NCBI RefSeq assembly: GCF_964355755.1
Contig: NC_092675.1
Location: 15,596,912-15,660,911, forward strand
Origin: Antedon mediterranea
Lineage: Eukaryota; Animalia; Echinodermata
Reading direction: 5' to 3'
DNA length: 64,000 nt
Part shown: positions 26,301 to 38,300 of the stretch, in pieces
Layout: every line of letters begins with the position of its first letter
Numbering within the stretch: position 1 is the first letter of the stretch
Notes under the pieces: model-generated
Seen by the model: the letters and a program-made list of their open reading frames with translations, nothing else
What the model was told of the DNA's origin: nothing
Database searches by the model: none
Translations under genes and position numbers: made by a program

Positions 26301-29300
26301 ATAGTCGCTTGTTCTTTCATTTCGTTCTTTAGATGTTGGTTGATTTTGATTAGATTTGTAATCGTCTCCTCAAGTTCTGATGTTTTCTTATGCATATTGC
26401 CGAGATTCATAGGAATCTCTTTACAAGTCGGGCATATCCAAATGCGTGGATTCTGCTTTACTTTCATTCCCACACATAGCTTGTGGTGTGAGCTTCACAT
26501 AACGCGCATTCTAGTGATTTGCCCTTTTCCAAATTAACGTGAAATACATTTGATTGTGGATGGTATTTGACTGTCGTCTTGGTAAATCTCTGGATCAATA
26601 TCTTGAAAAACTTAGTCCACTGTAGTTGTAGGACCGTCGTCTCCATTTGAGTGTTCCATTGTGATTTGAAGGTATATTCTTTGTTCTGACAAAGGATGTT
26701 AGCTTTTATGGCCTAGCTTTTAGCTTGGTTAGGAACAACCGAGTTTATACATCGCTCGTGTTATGGAGACATCGCTCGTGCCTTACTCCATGAGTTTACA
26801 CATTGCTCGTGTTATGTTGACATCGCTCGTGTTGAGTTTATACACATCGTTCGTGTTATGTTGACATTGCTCGTGTTACACGTCGAGCGTGTTGAGTTTT
26901 TACACGACGTCGCGAGTGTTGAGTTTTTACACATCGCGCGTGTTGAGTTTTAACAAGTCGCGCGTGTTGAGTTTTAACAAGTCGCGCGTGTTGAGTTTTT
27001 ACACATCTTTCTCAAGCATAGTAATGTCAGCATTTTTATTTATTCTTTTAGCCAGTTTTATTGCATATTTTAACTAATTATTGGAACCTGTATAATGTAA
27101 TAGATAGTATTTTTGATGTTCTTATATGTTGCTTTTAAAATTTAATTGTATCCCTGTATTATTCAAGTCTGTTTTTAATATATTGATTGTTTTAAATAAT
27201 ATAAATATTGTTTATAGTACGCAACATAAGATTGTAGAACTTTGTCATAAGATTGACCTGTAGATGTTATAATATATGACTTTAGAGTTGCGCATCGTAA
27301 GTTACGAGTGATTTTATGGATTTCGCGTATTTAACATATATCGAAAACCATATAACAATTTAAATTGAAACTTAGCAAATATGTAATTTATATCACATGA
27401 CCTGTCCCTTAAATTTTTGAACCAAGATCATTTAACCTCTCAAAATTGTAATGAGGTATCCACAAATACAGCACAATCTGCTTTATAGGGACTGCTACTA
27501 TACACTTTACAGTAGTACAGTTTCTAGGTGGCCTTGTACCACTGGACACTAGTGATTAAGGAGTCATAAATCATTAGAATTAGTGATTAAGAGCTTTTAC
27601 TACACTGAGTGAGGCTCTCCTCATCAGGGTATGACTGAAAATTAATCTAAGGAGCTTGTACACATAATGATGCGCGAACTTTCTGTGGAAAAAAATGGCA
27701 TGTTTCACATACTGTATATATTATAAGGCACAAAATAGACAGATTATTATTATATTATTATCAGGTCATAAGTGCTGCAATCTTTTTTCTGTTTCCTAGC
27801 GTACGTGCACCTGGCGTCGTTGTTGTGCGGATAACTAACTCATCAAAGTGACAAGTTCAAATCTAGTTAAAATTGTAAATGTGCTCCACGCAAAAATATA
27901 TATATACAGCTATAGGTTAAATGTCAAAATAAGGTGTTTGTTAACATTTTGTGTATTTCTATTGTATTAGAGCAAATATAAATATATTTTTTTATTTCAT
28001 TTTATTTTATTCAATTAAAACCAACAGCGATAAATACCGCCACTAACAGGTTTGAAACATAAAACAATACAACATCAAAAACGGTTAACAATAAAATACA
28101 GATAAAATATATAAATATATATATAAAACATAGATATACTTTGCGAGTAATTTGAGACCACAATTATCACTTTCTGACCAGTGGTTGCTGCGATATTCAT
28201 ATGGCAAATTTCTTGACCAGTGGTCAGAAAAGGGGTTTCCGTCCACTTTTAGCAAATGTTGCCCATTAGAGTGAATAGAAATATGGGTCTTCCGAGTAGC
28301 TCGTCACAAAAATATTCCAATACACCCAGTAGTTACCAAGTTACGCCAAGTCTTAACTTTGACCATATTGACCTTTTGGCCCCTGTACTGACCAAGCATT
28401 CCAATTTGTTTTCTTGTCTTCTACCTCTGTACAACTCTACTAATGATTATATATAATAATAATATAATAGATAATGACATTTCAATAATGCTGATTTGTT
28501 TGTTTTTGTTTGTTTAAGAAATATACTTACCATATTATACCAAGCTGAAACTATCAATTTCTCTTCTATGTCTCTGGTAACCTTTGACTTCTCTTTTTCA
28601 CTCTAATGTATACAAAAATAAAATATCTGTAATTATAATTTCATTTTCATTCAAATGTTTGTAACTACTGTGGAATAACTTTGCGTCAGGGTATCAACAC
28701 AAATAGAACTATATTTCAAATTTGAACAATAAAATGAAAGCCCCAGTGTAGTGGTCTAATGGTCAGAACATCTGCTTATTATGCAGAAGGTTCTAAGTTT
28801 GAATCTAGGTTGGGGCGGTCTTTTCTCATTCTCACAGATTTCCTCATCTCTATCATTCATTAATATTCAGTATATCACCAGGCGGATTTCAAAATTCATT
28901 TTTTTTAAAACATCTTTGCAAATATGACTCGCCTCTAAATGTTCTATAGTACGTTGTTTCTCTTGTAGTTGGCTTTTAAGAGCTTGTATCTCTGGTGCTG
29001 ATCCAGGATTGTGTTTAGGGTCTAGGGTTCGAATCACTGCCTTTGCTTTTTCTAAATACTTCTTATATCTCTCTTCCATTGCCTTCATATCCTGATCTTT
29101 CTTAACAAGCTGTGTCTGCATAATTTTAACTTTATCTGCTAAAAAAAAAATTATACAATGTTACACTATGAAAACAATTATTTCAAAAATACATTTTGCA
29201 TTAAATTATAATGAGATTTATATGCATGTTGCGCAGTGTGTTGGACGTTGGACTAATGATCAGGAGATCATGGGTTTGAATCCTTTAAGCAAGACACTTT

Positions 29301-32300
29301 ACTTACATTTGCCTCTCTTCACCCAGGTGTACAAATGGGTACCTGGCAGACACAACTTTGCGCTGCATTATGGGAGTATGTTTCCATACATCTTTGATAA
29401 AAAAATGACCGGGGTAATAATATGTACAGTGCTTAGAGGTTTAACAACATTTTATTATTTAGCACTTTATCTTATAAAAATATTATATTATATGTGCTCT
29501 AATGTTCTCTTTGGAGCACATTGTCAAGGATTTTTTTAATAGGGTATTTCACAGTAAGGTTAATACAAAACCTCAATTTAATTATGTCTAAATTGTAATC
29601 AATCTTCATACAGTTTATTGAACTGGTCTACGTGTTTTCATATAAATTTTACAGGAATGAAGATATTGATGTGTTATGCATTGAAATTAAAAACTTACTA
29701 TTGGAGACAACTTTGGGCTCTAGATGGTCAATGTATTCCCTCTTTTTCTGTAGTTCTGTGTCAGCTTCAATTAATTTCTCTCTGTAAAGCAAGATAACAA
29801 TATTTCATTTCATTCAGAACCAAATACTGGTATTGCTACAAACCATTCTTCAATAATGCACTTCAAAACAATTCCAAAGTAAAGTTTGAAAAAATAAATC
29901 ATAAATGAAGACGTTTTTTTAATATACAATGAAGCAATCAAAATGCAGTTTAAACTAATCTTTATTTTAAAATAAAATTAACAAAAATGTTAATACTGAA
30001 GTAAAACTGATTTAAGTTTATAATTGTTGTTAGTACAATATGTTACCAAAATTGAACAAATAAAAAACATTCAGCGGCATTAAATTATAACCATCCATTG
30101 GTATTCTAACAACTTTTTTAATTTTAATTTTCAATACAATTATTCCAAAAGAAATAAATAAATAAAAAGTAGCTAAATAAAAAAAAATCTACCCGATGAT
30201 TTTTTAAGCACATTGCTACAGCATACCTCATAATATTTAATAACAGCTATCAATAACTATTATAAAACTACCATTATGATAATACTGCTGTTAGGATACT
30301 AATACTTAATAGCCATTTTCAAAAGCACCCCGTTTTCTTGAAGACCTCTAAATATTATATTTTTTTGCCAAAAAACAAAACCTAGACGTCAAGATAAACT
30401 TTAAAGTTGGCATAGAACACAAAGCGAACCTAATAAACAAAACTTAAAGCCTGTGTTCCCCAAACTTTTTTTTGTAAGTACATACAAAATTAGTTTTTGC
30501 ATTCACTTTCTGTTGCCTATATGAATCTCTTGCTCTGCAAGGCATTCTCACTTTATTTGCATTTGACATGCACTGGGCTTGATAAGCCTAAAGTTACCTC
30601 TTGTTTTGTGACTGAGCATAACCGAAACTGTAAGCCTTAGGCCTGTTGTATCTGGTGCTATAAAGCAAAGGTACACTGTGATGTTGATATAGAGTAGGTC
30701 ACAGACTGACCATACAACATGTTATTAAACAGGTATTCAAGTTGTAAACCAAAGATGTTAAAAACAAATCTCAAAACATGTACCAATACTTTTGCACACT
30801 TTTTTAAAAAACATGACACAATAATGAATGAATATAAAAAGATCTGGTAACAAAATCAGTCGTCATTAATTATTGGAAAAAAACTTGACTATTATGCAAT
30901 GTGGTATTTCTTCTTATTTTCAAAACTGTAGTAGTTTCACATCTCACAATGTGTCCCTTTAAATCCCGAATCACCCTAGAACTTTTTTTTTTCTTTTTAT
31001 ATACTAATTGAATAGATTCAAATTTATGTTACACATTTTGCTGATGCTTGAGAATAGTTACGACGATACGCAATATTTATGCTACAAAATGATTTACTAT
31101 AACATTTTGAGGTATACTTACTTTTGCTCTTCAATCTTCAACTTTAAGTCAGTATTCTGAAAATATTCAGTAAAAACTATGTTTAACACACAGTTAATAC
31201 AAATAAAGTTCTGGTAGTGATAAACCAAGTAGTAGAACCATGGACATAGTCTTAAAATGATAATAATTTAATAAATATTTATTGCCCTTTATGGCAATCA
31301 GAACATTATATATATATGCATCACGAGTAAGAGATAATTAGATAGTCTGGTTACAGTGCTCGATACCATTGATAGAGCTAGATATATATTACAAATAAAA
31401 ACTAGACATGAAACTCGTCACTTTGACGAGTTAGTTATCCGCACGACAAACGCCACGAGCACGTCATACGTTGGAATATTGCACACAGAAAAAGATTATG
31501 GCATTATGACCTGAACTGAAGAATATGATTATGTTATTATTGCTGAATTCTGTTATTTTGTGTCATAATACACAGTATAATCTGTATACATCACATACAG
31601 TGTAGAATAGGTGAAATTACGGGACCCCCTATTTATTCCAATTTTTAACATGTCGACGGTTTCAAAATGGAACGCGAATGTAGCAATTTTGGAAGGAAAT
31701 TATCTCAGCAACAACATATTAGCGTGTAGAAGAAATTTGAATACGTGAAATATTGATGCGCGCTCTTTTAAATGTAATGAATTATAATGCAAAAGATGAA
31801 AATACGACTTTTTTTATTCAACTGGCCATATGATGACATCACAACATCCAATTGGCAAAATGTTTACATGATTTCGTATCTACAATTCAATAGCTTCCAG
31901 AAAAGGTTTTAATCGTGATTATCACATTTCATTCTTACGAGCTATAACAGATTAAAATTTACTGTAAAGATGAAATTTATGCCACATGTAATTTAAATTT
32001 TTAGGCATGATGACGTCATAAAAATTAAAATATTTTTAACTCATGCGAAAGGCAGTTGATTGACCTAGACAATATCAAAATCGGGGTGAAAATGGAAAAC
32101 GAAAAAAAGTGTAGATGCGCTCTATTAAATGTGATGAGCTATGACGAAAGATACAAAAATCCTAAATTTTGTATTCGCGTGGCCATACGGTGACGTCACA
32201 ATGTCCGGTTAGCCATATTAATGCATGATCCGATATTTCAATCAATATTTCATCAACTTCCAGAATATGCAATAAAAATAATTTTCACCCTTTAGTTTAG

Positions 32301-35300
32301 AAACTACGACTGTTTAAAAAAAGGTAAAATTGTGACGAATTTTTGAACTTTTTCATCAAAAACGCACATAAATTATCCAATTCGACGTGCCCGTATGAGG
32401 TAATTTTAAGTAGAAAATGTTTAGAAATTGGTAAAATTACTAGAAAAGGGTGGAAAAACATAAATCACGCAAAAAAAAATTGTTTTCAATGCTACGTGTA
32501 CACTGCACGCGTAAAAAAAAGCGCACGCGTGGGAATTTTTGACATGCTCAAAATGACATGAAACATGTAGAAAGTTAATTAGAAATTGATTTTTCGCAAC
32601 TTGAAATTTTAAACGCGCGTGCGCGCGTAACTTCGTGTGAAACATGCCTTTTTTTCCCACAGTCAGTTAGCGCAAGATATAAATTAAACTTTTGTTTCAA
32701 TTTAAATTGTTATATGGTTTTCGATCTATATTAAATACGCGAAATTCGTAAAAACTCTCGACGTCATTCACAATAGGAGGTGCACAATTTCACGTGAATG
32801 CCCACATGTTGACAAAGTTATAAAATGTTATGTTTACACGTTTTTGAGTTACACGAGACACAAAATTGACAGAAAGAAAGAATAATACAGAAAAAAAAAA
32901 GATGATTTCATACAGTTACAAGGAGTTATCCGCTGAATGTGGATAACTAATAAACTTGGTTACTTCATGGTACTTTTATTGACTACAAATTTGTTTTTTA
33001 TGCTAGCAAAGCTAACACACTCATCAGGTCAAAAGTACAACCATAACTGACACAGCTCTACAGGGTTACAAAACATGTATGGGCAGCAAGTCAGATTGTT
33101 TATTTGTTTATAATTGCCTATTGTTTGTGGTTTACTTTTTGTGTTATTAATTATTTCTATGTCTACAAGTATATACCAGCTCATTTTGGTGTAGTTTGCA
33201 TTAACTACTTCTTCTATTAGGTTGTTTGCCTTCAACAAGCTGAAGATTTTGCAACTTGGAGGCCTACTAGAAGGCCTACTAGAAGGCCTACTTTGAGTAG
33301 TCTTCAATATCCAATTTAATTCATTTGGTCAAACACAGTGGCTTGAAATACATTTATCAGTAAACCAAACCACTAAATACTTGTATTACAGGAATGTATT
33401 TTTTAGTTAACATTTAACAGTAAAAGAGGTTTTTTTTTTAATTCTTAGTCATTTTTCAGGAATACAATTCCCATTCCTGGTGCAAACATAAATAAATGCT
33501 TGTGATTAGACTATGCAAGGTGTAAGAATAGGAAAATCGAAACTAACAAAGTGAATTCTATTCCTGAAACATACCTGTTTTGAAACGAACATACACAACA
33601 CATAACATAAAACAATATTTAAAGAACGTTGCAAGCAATACCAATGGAACAAACAGAAGTACAGTACAATAATTGCTATCAGAATATTACCAGACACTGA
33701 ATTTTCCTAATTTTATTAGAAAAATAAGCAATTCAGAAAATGTAATAAAACAGTTAGTATTATATTACCATACATGCATATAAATCTATAAAGCATAGTG
33801 TAAGGATTTGGTATGGATAATTTATTAACAATAACATGCACGGTTAAAACAAGCAAGTGTGACTGTGGTAAAATTATAATGTGTGGATGTGCTCGTTTTT
33901 CATGACATAAATTGTTATTTTTTTTTAATGGCAATTAAATATCAACTCTACTCCTATGAGATTTTGACTTTTTGTGTAAGATTATCATGTTTTGCAATAT
34001 ACAGATGAAATATGAGAAATATCTATATACAGTATATATAACAAAAAAATAAATTACAGTACTAATAAAAGATTCATACATTCATGCTACATTATTATGC
34101 ATATTCATTGAATAATAGATACATTAATAATTAATGAAAAAGATAACACTATAACAAACAGAACATAAGAAAGAAAAACATTTGAAATAACTGAAGTCAA
34201 ACTAAAGGATACGAAAATAAAAGATTACGAAAATATAAGGATACAAAAATAAAAGAATATATAAAACAAAATAAATGAAATGCAATACTCACAAACTATG
34301 TAGGCAACAGCATGTGATGAATATAGCAAGTTAATAATGGAAAAAAACACACATAGCTTAATGTATTAATAAAGCATACAGCCAAATATAAACATTTATA
34401 TTATTGTTAAATAATAAAAATAATGAGCTTTGTGTTGTGATTTTATAATAAATATATAAATAATACATTTTTGCTAAAATTAATTTGCTGTGCATAGGAC
34501 CAATAAGGGTTACAAAGAAATAGGTTTCCTATACGATTTTGCGATAATTAGGGTTATAACAAGTAGGTTGTAAGCGGATCTGTTTGTTTGAATGTTCCAG
34601 GTTGTAGAAGGAAGCCATTTTTAGAACATCAGCATCATTTCATGCATGTATTAAGTTATTTATTCTCTATTCTCTCTGAACAAACAAATTCATTATTCTA
34701 TTTCTGATTTTTCTCTCAATTATTCTTCAATTACTACAACCAAGCTTGAGAATCATTCACCCTAGCCAACTATAGAGTAGTAGATTTCATAATTGTTACA
34801 GTAGTTGAACATTTGAAAACAAACTAAAAAAACTTTTTAGGTCTAATAAGATTCTTGAGACTTGATATGCCAATTTCTGTAAATTAAATTGTATGTATAA
34901 TTAATTTATTTAGAAAATGCGCTACTTATTAGTTGGGTAGCTCATTTCTCTAGTTATATTTTGCACAACTAGCAAAGGTTTGTTATTAAATTTCTAGCGC
35001 TGACTATATAAGTCAATATGTTCTCTCTGGTCATCATGTGGTTCTGGTACATCGTTCTGCTTTACCACAATCTAACTACCATTCATCCTATGGGCCACAA
35101 ATTCTCTACAACATCTACTGTATGTTCACAATCTACAACCTTTTGGTGCAATTAATCTTTTGCTAAACTTGCACTCTAACAATTTCTGACTTTCACTGAA
35201 CTATAAAACAAAACCTAAACTCATCTGGTTTTACTTTAACAAGTGCACTTCCTCTCTCCCCGGGTGTCCATACAATTTCTCTAACTACACACACTTTTTT

Positions 35301-38300
35301 CATTCCTTCTATAAATATCAACAACTATATAATTCTTTCTAAATAGGGAAAACACTATTTATTTCTTTTTTTTTTGCCCAGTTGACACTTGTACGCATTT
35401 TGGGCCTTCATTGGATAATGTGTGGAAACTTGCGAGAGTTGCAATACAATGGATCAAATGTTAAACTTATGCAAACCTATGCCATGCATTGAATGCGAAA
35501 GTGTCGTCTTTACCACTAGATCTGAGGTAGTCTATTGTTATTAAAACGGTATTTAGGTAAAATGTCACAATTACACAAGAAAAATATTTAATGGTATTAA
35601 AAGTTAATCACCACAATAAAATAATAGCAATATGCAAATAAAAACAATTACTGTATATAAATGAATATTAATGACTTATATGACATGCCACGTCAGACAA
35701 CTGTTAGAGTATGCATTGCAACATAACTTGCCTTAATTCCCTTGTTCTTTATCTGTACACATAATAACAAAACATGAATGCTAATACTAATCACAGCAAT
35801 AAATGTAAACACCTTTTTAATCTGACATTGCCACTTCCAATCTATTTTCATAGAATTATCTTAAATTCCATGCTTGCTTACAATAAAAAATCTCTCCTTT
35901 TATAAGAGTCACTTGAAAACATTTATTAAATGTTAATAAAGTTTCATAGCATGCATGTGTTATAATAAACAATATTTAATGTGTATGAGTAAACAAAAAT
36001 GTAACCAAGAATGATGAAAATGTTATTGAAATGTACAATCATACATCATACAATACAATATTTGTTATCCACAGAATGTGATTGTCTACTATTTAGAATG
36101 TCAAGTCTTGCATATAACAGGTCATTTTTGTATTTATGTTCTTGCTTCCGAAATAAATAAAATTAAGCATAATTAACTGATATTAATGGTCATCACCATT
36201 CTATATTTAAAGGTTAACAAGTGCAAAATATTATAATTATCAAATAACAATAAATATATTATATAATTATATATTATTTTGTTTGAATAGTACTGTACAT
36301 GTGTAACTATAAAATGCATGTACGTGCATAAACACATGTTTGTATGGTGGTAAATGTATGGTTATAAAATATAAACACACCAAGGTATTTCTATAGTATA
36401 TGCAAGCAGAAATTTTAGCACCAACTAAAGCAAATTCAACTCTCGTAATTTACATTAAAAATCAGAGTATGTAAATGAGATTATGAATAGGCTAATGAGC
36501 AGGCAACACCCAATTATTATTATGAAACTTTTTGTACCTGTAGCGTTTGGAGGTAAAGCCTTTTAGAAAAATCCGTCTATAGAAACAAGTTATAATATGG
36601 TAAAATTAATGTAAAAATAATAGACAAAAATAAAATTAAATATAAAATATTTGAATATTGTGTGTATAGTAAATTAGCCCTGGTGAAGGACTAGCGTTTT
36701 ATGAAAGCTCAGAATTTGTTTTATGGTCATTTAGTGCCAGATCCAACTACTGATCCCATATCATGCCTTGTATAAAGCTCCGTCTACACTATCAAACTTC
36801 ATGTGACAAAAAAATGTGATGTGCCCATATATGGACGATGATGTCATATCACTAACATATTTGGGCACATCACTCTTTTTTTGTCAAATTAGTTTTATAG
36901 TGTAGACAGAGCTGCTTTAGAGCTAATGCAATAATTTTGCTTAAATATGTTATGGTTTTCAATGTCTTCCTATCAAATGTTCATAAACTGACCACATAAA
37001 AACAATAAAGGTCTTTTAACCTTATAATAATATAAGAATAAAATAAAGATTTAAAGAATATTGACTGACCTCCGACTTGCTTATTCCCTGTTCTCGTTGC
37101 TGTTTCTTCAACTCTTCAAGTTCAGCTTCAAGTTCCAGAACACGCTGATTGGCAAATCTATAGTTGTAGTTAATTGATAGAATAATTCTGGACATACAGT
37201 ATTTGGATATAAATTACGTATGGGGCATGTATAGGCACATTACATTTATAGATGAATAGTTAACTGTGCCGATTGAAAATAAAAAATTACATGCATGGAT
37301 GACCATGCTAGTCATTTCCATAAACATCAAACACAATTCCAAATAAAGCTCTATGATTTCAGAATTGATCGTGTATTTTGTTGCATTAAAAATGATGACG
37401 TTTCTGACAATGAAGATGATGATACTGGTGTGACTGACAATGATGATGTGACTGACAATTCCGATGTGACTGACAGTTAAGATGTTACTGACAAGTATGT
37501 GACTTACAATGATGTGACTGACAATGATGATGTGACAGACAATGATGATGTGACAGACAATGATGATGTGACAGACAATGATGATGTGACAGACAATGAT
37601 GATGTGACAGACAATGATGATGTGACAGACAATGATGATGTGACTGACGATGATGTGACTGACGATGATGATGTGACAGACAATGATAATGTGACAGACG
37701 ATGACAATGTGACTGACAATGACATGTGACTGACAATGACGATGTGACTGACAATGATGATGTGACTGACAATGACGATGTGACTGACAATGACGATGTG
37801 ACTGACAATGACGATGTGACTGACAATTATTGTGATTGACAAAGAAGATAATGACAATGATTATGTGATTGACAATGAAGATAATGACAATGATTTTGAA
37901 TGAGATCAATTATTAAAATAATTTTGATTTACCTGTTATCAGATTCTAATTCATTCTTATGGCTATTTGAATCATCAAGAAGACTTTGCAGTAACTGTAG
38001 GTTTTCGTCAACAGATTCTGTTTGCTGTAACTTCAACATTTTGTTCTCATGTTGAAGGCGAATCATCTTTTCTCTACAGAAAAATAAAAAGGAATAGCTA
38101 CAATATTGCGATGACATAAAAACTAGTGACATTATTTTAATTCACTATGCATACGTGCCCTCTCCTTTCACCAACAACATCAGGTCCTACGTCATAACAA
38201 ATTGAACACTCTCTAATAAACATGTCTAGTCAATAATCATTTCATATAGCACATAATCAAATTAATAGTATATAAAATATAACCGGTTTACCATATAATC

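Larger units (their letters stand above)
21506..26740 (-). mobile_element. Full-length, frameshifted non-LTR retrotransposon, RTEX-like
   Basis: ORF1: PHD finger (WICPTC), SGNH esterase (IGDSM, GTNN), CCHC knuckle (CFTCHKIGHKAYNC). ORF2: APE (GDFN, IDY, SDH), RT (NYRGISL, FLDFRKAFDSV, WADD) and C-terminal CSLC..ED..HFL..C. (ATT)n tail at 21506-21520. Flanked by GAGTTTA(C/T)ACATCGCTCGT at 21487-21505 and 26741-26759. Confidence 0.88.
20770..28402. mobile_element. Long-TIR non-autonomous DNA transposon (Sola2-like) with nested insertions
   Basis: aatt|GGGATGCTTGGTCACTACAGGGGC...GCCCCTGTACTGACCAAGCATTCC|aatt. Imperfect inverted homology extends over ~20770-21310 vs ~27878-28402. 4-bp AATT TSD. 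Superfamily is inferred. Confidence 0.72.

Noticed and set aside
27595-27632. CTGATGAG on the minus strand as a hammerhead
   Set aside because: No properly placed GAAA or closing stems.
28740-28816. Functional tRNA gene
   Set aside because: The T-loop lacks TTC, the T-stem is mismatched and the acceptor-to-D-arm spacing is irregular.
33565-33600. Possible recursive splice site (cag|gtatgt on minus)
   Set aside because: The intron is only ~6 kb and the motif can occur by chance. Not supportable without RNA data.
36678-36712. Degenerate hammerhead-like CCTGGTGAAGG..GAAAGCTC
   Set aside because: The core is mutated and stem II is absent. At most a decayed Penelope end.
37214-37909. 231-aa His/Cys/Ile-rich ORF and overlapping ORFs
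   Set aside because: These are translations of an 18-bp minisatellite inside a Hook intron.
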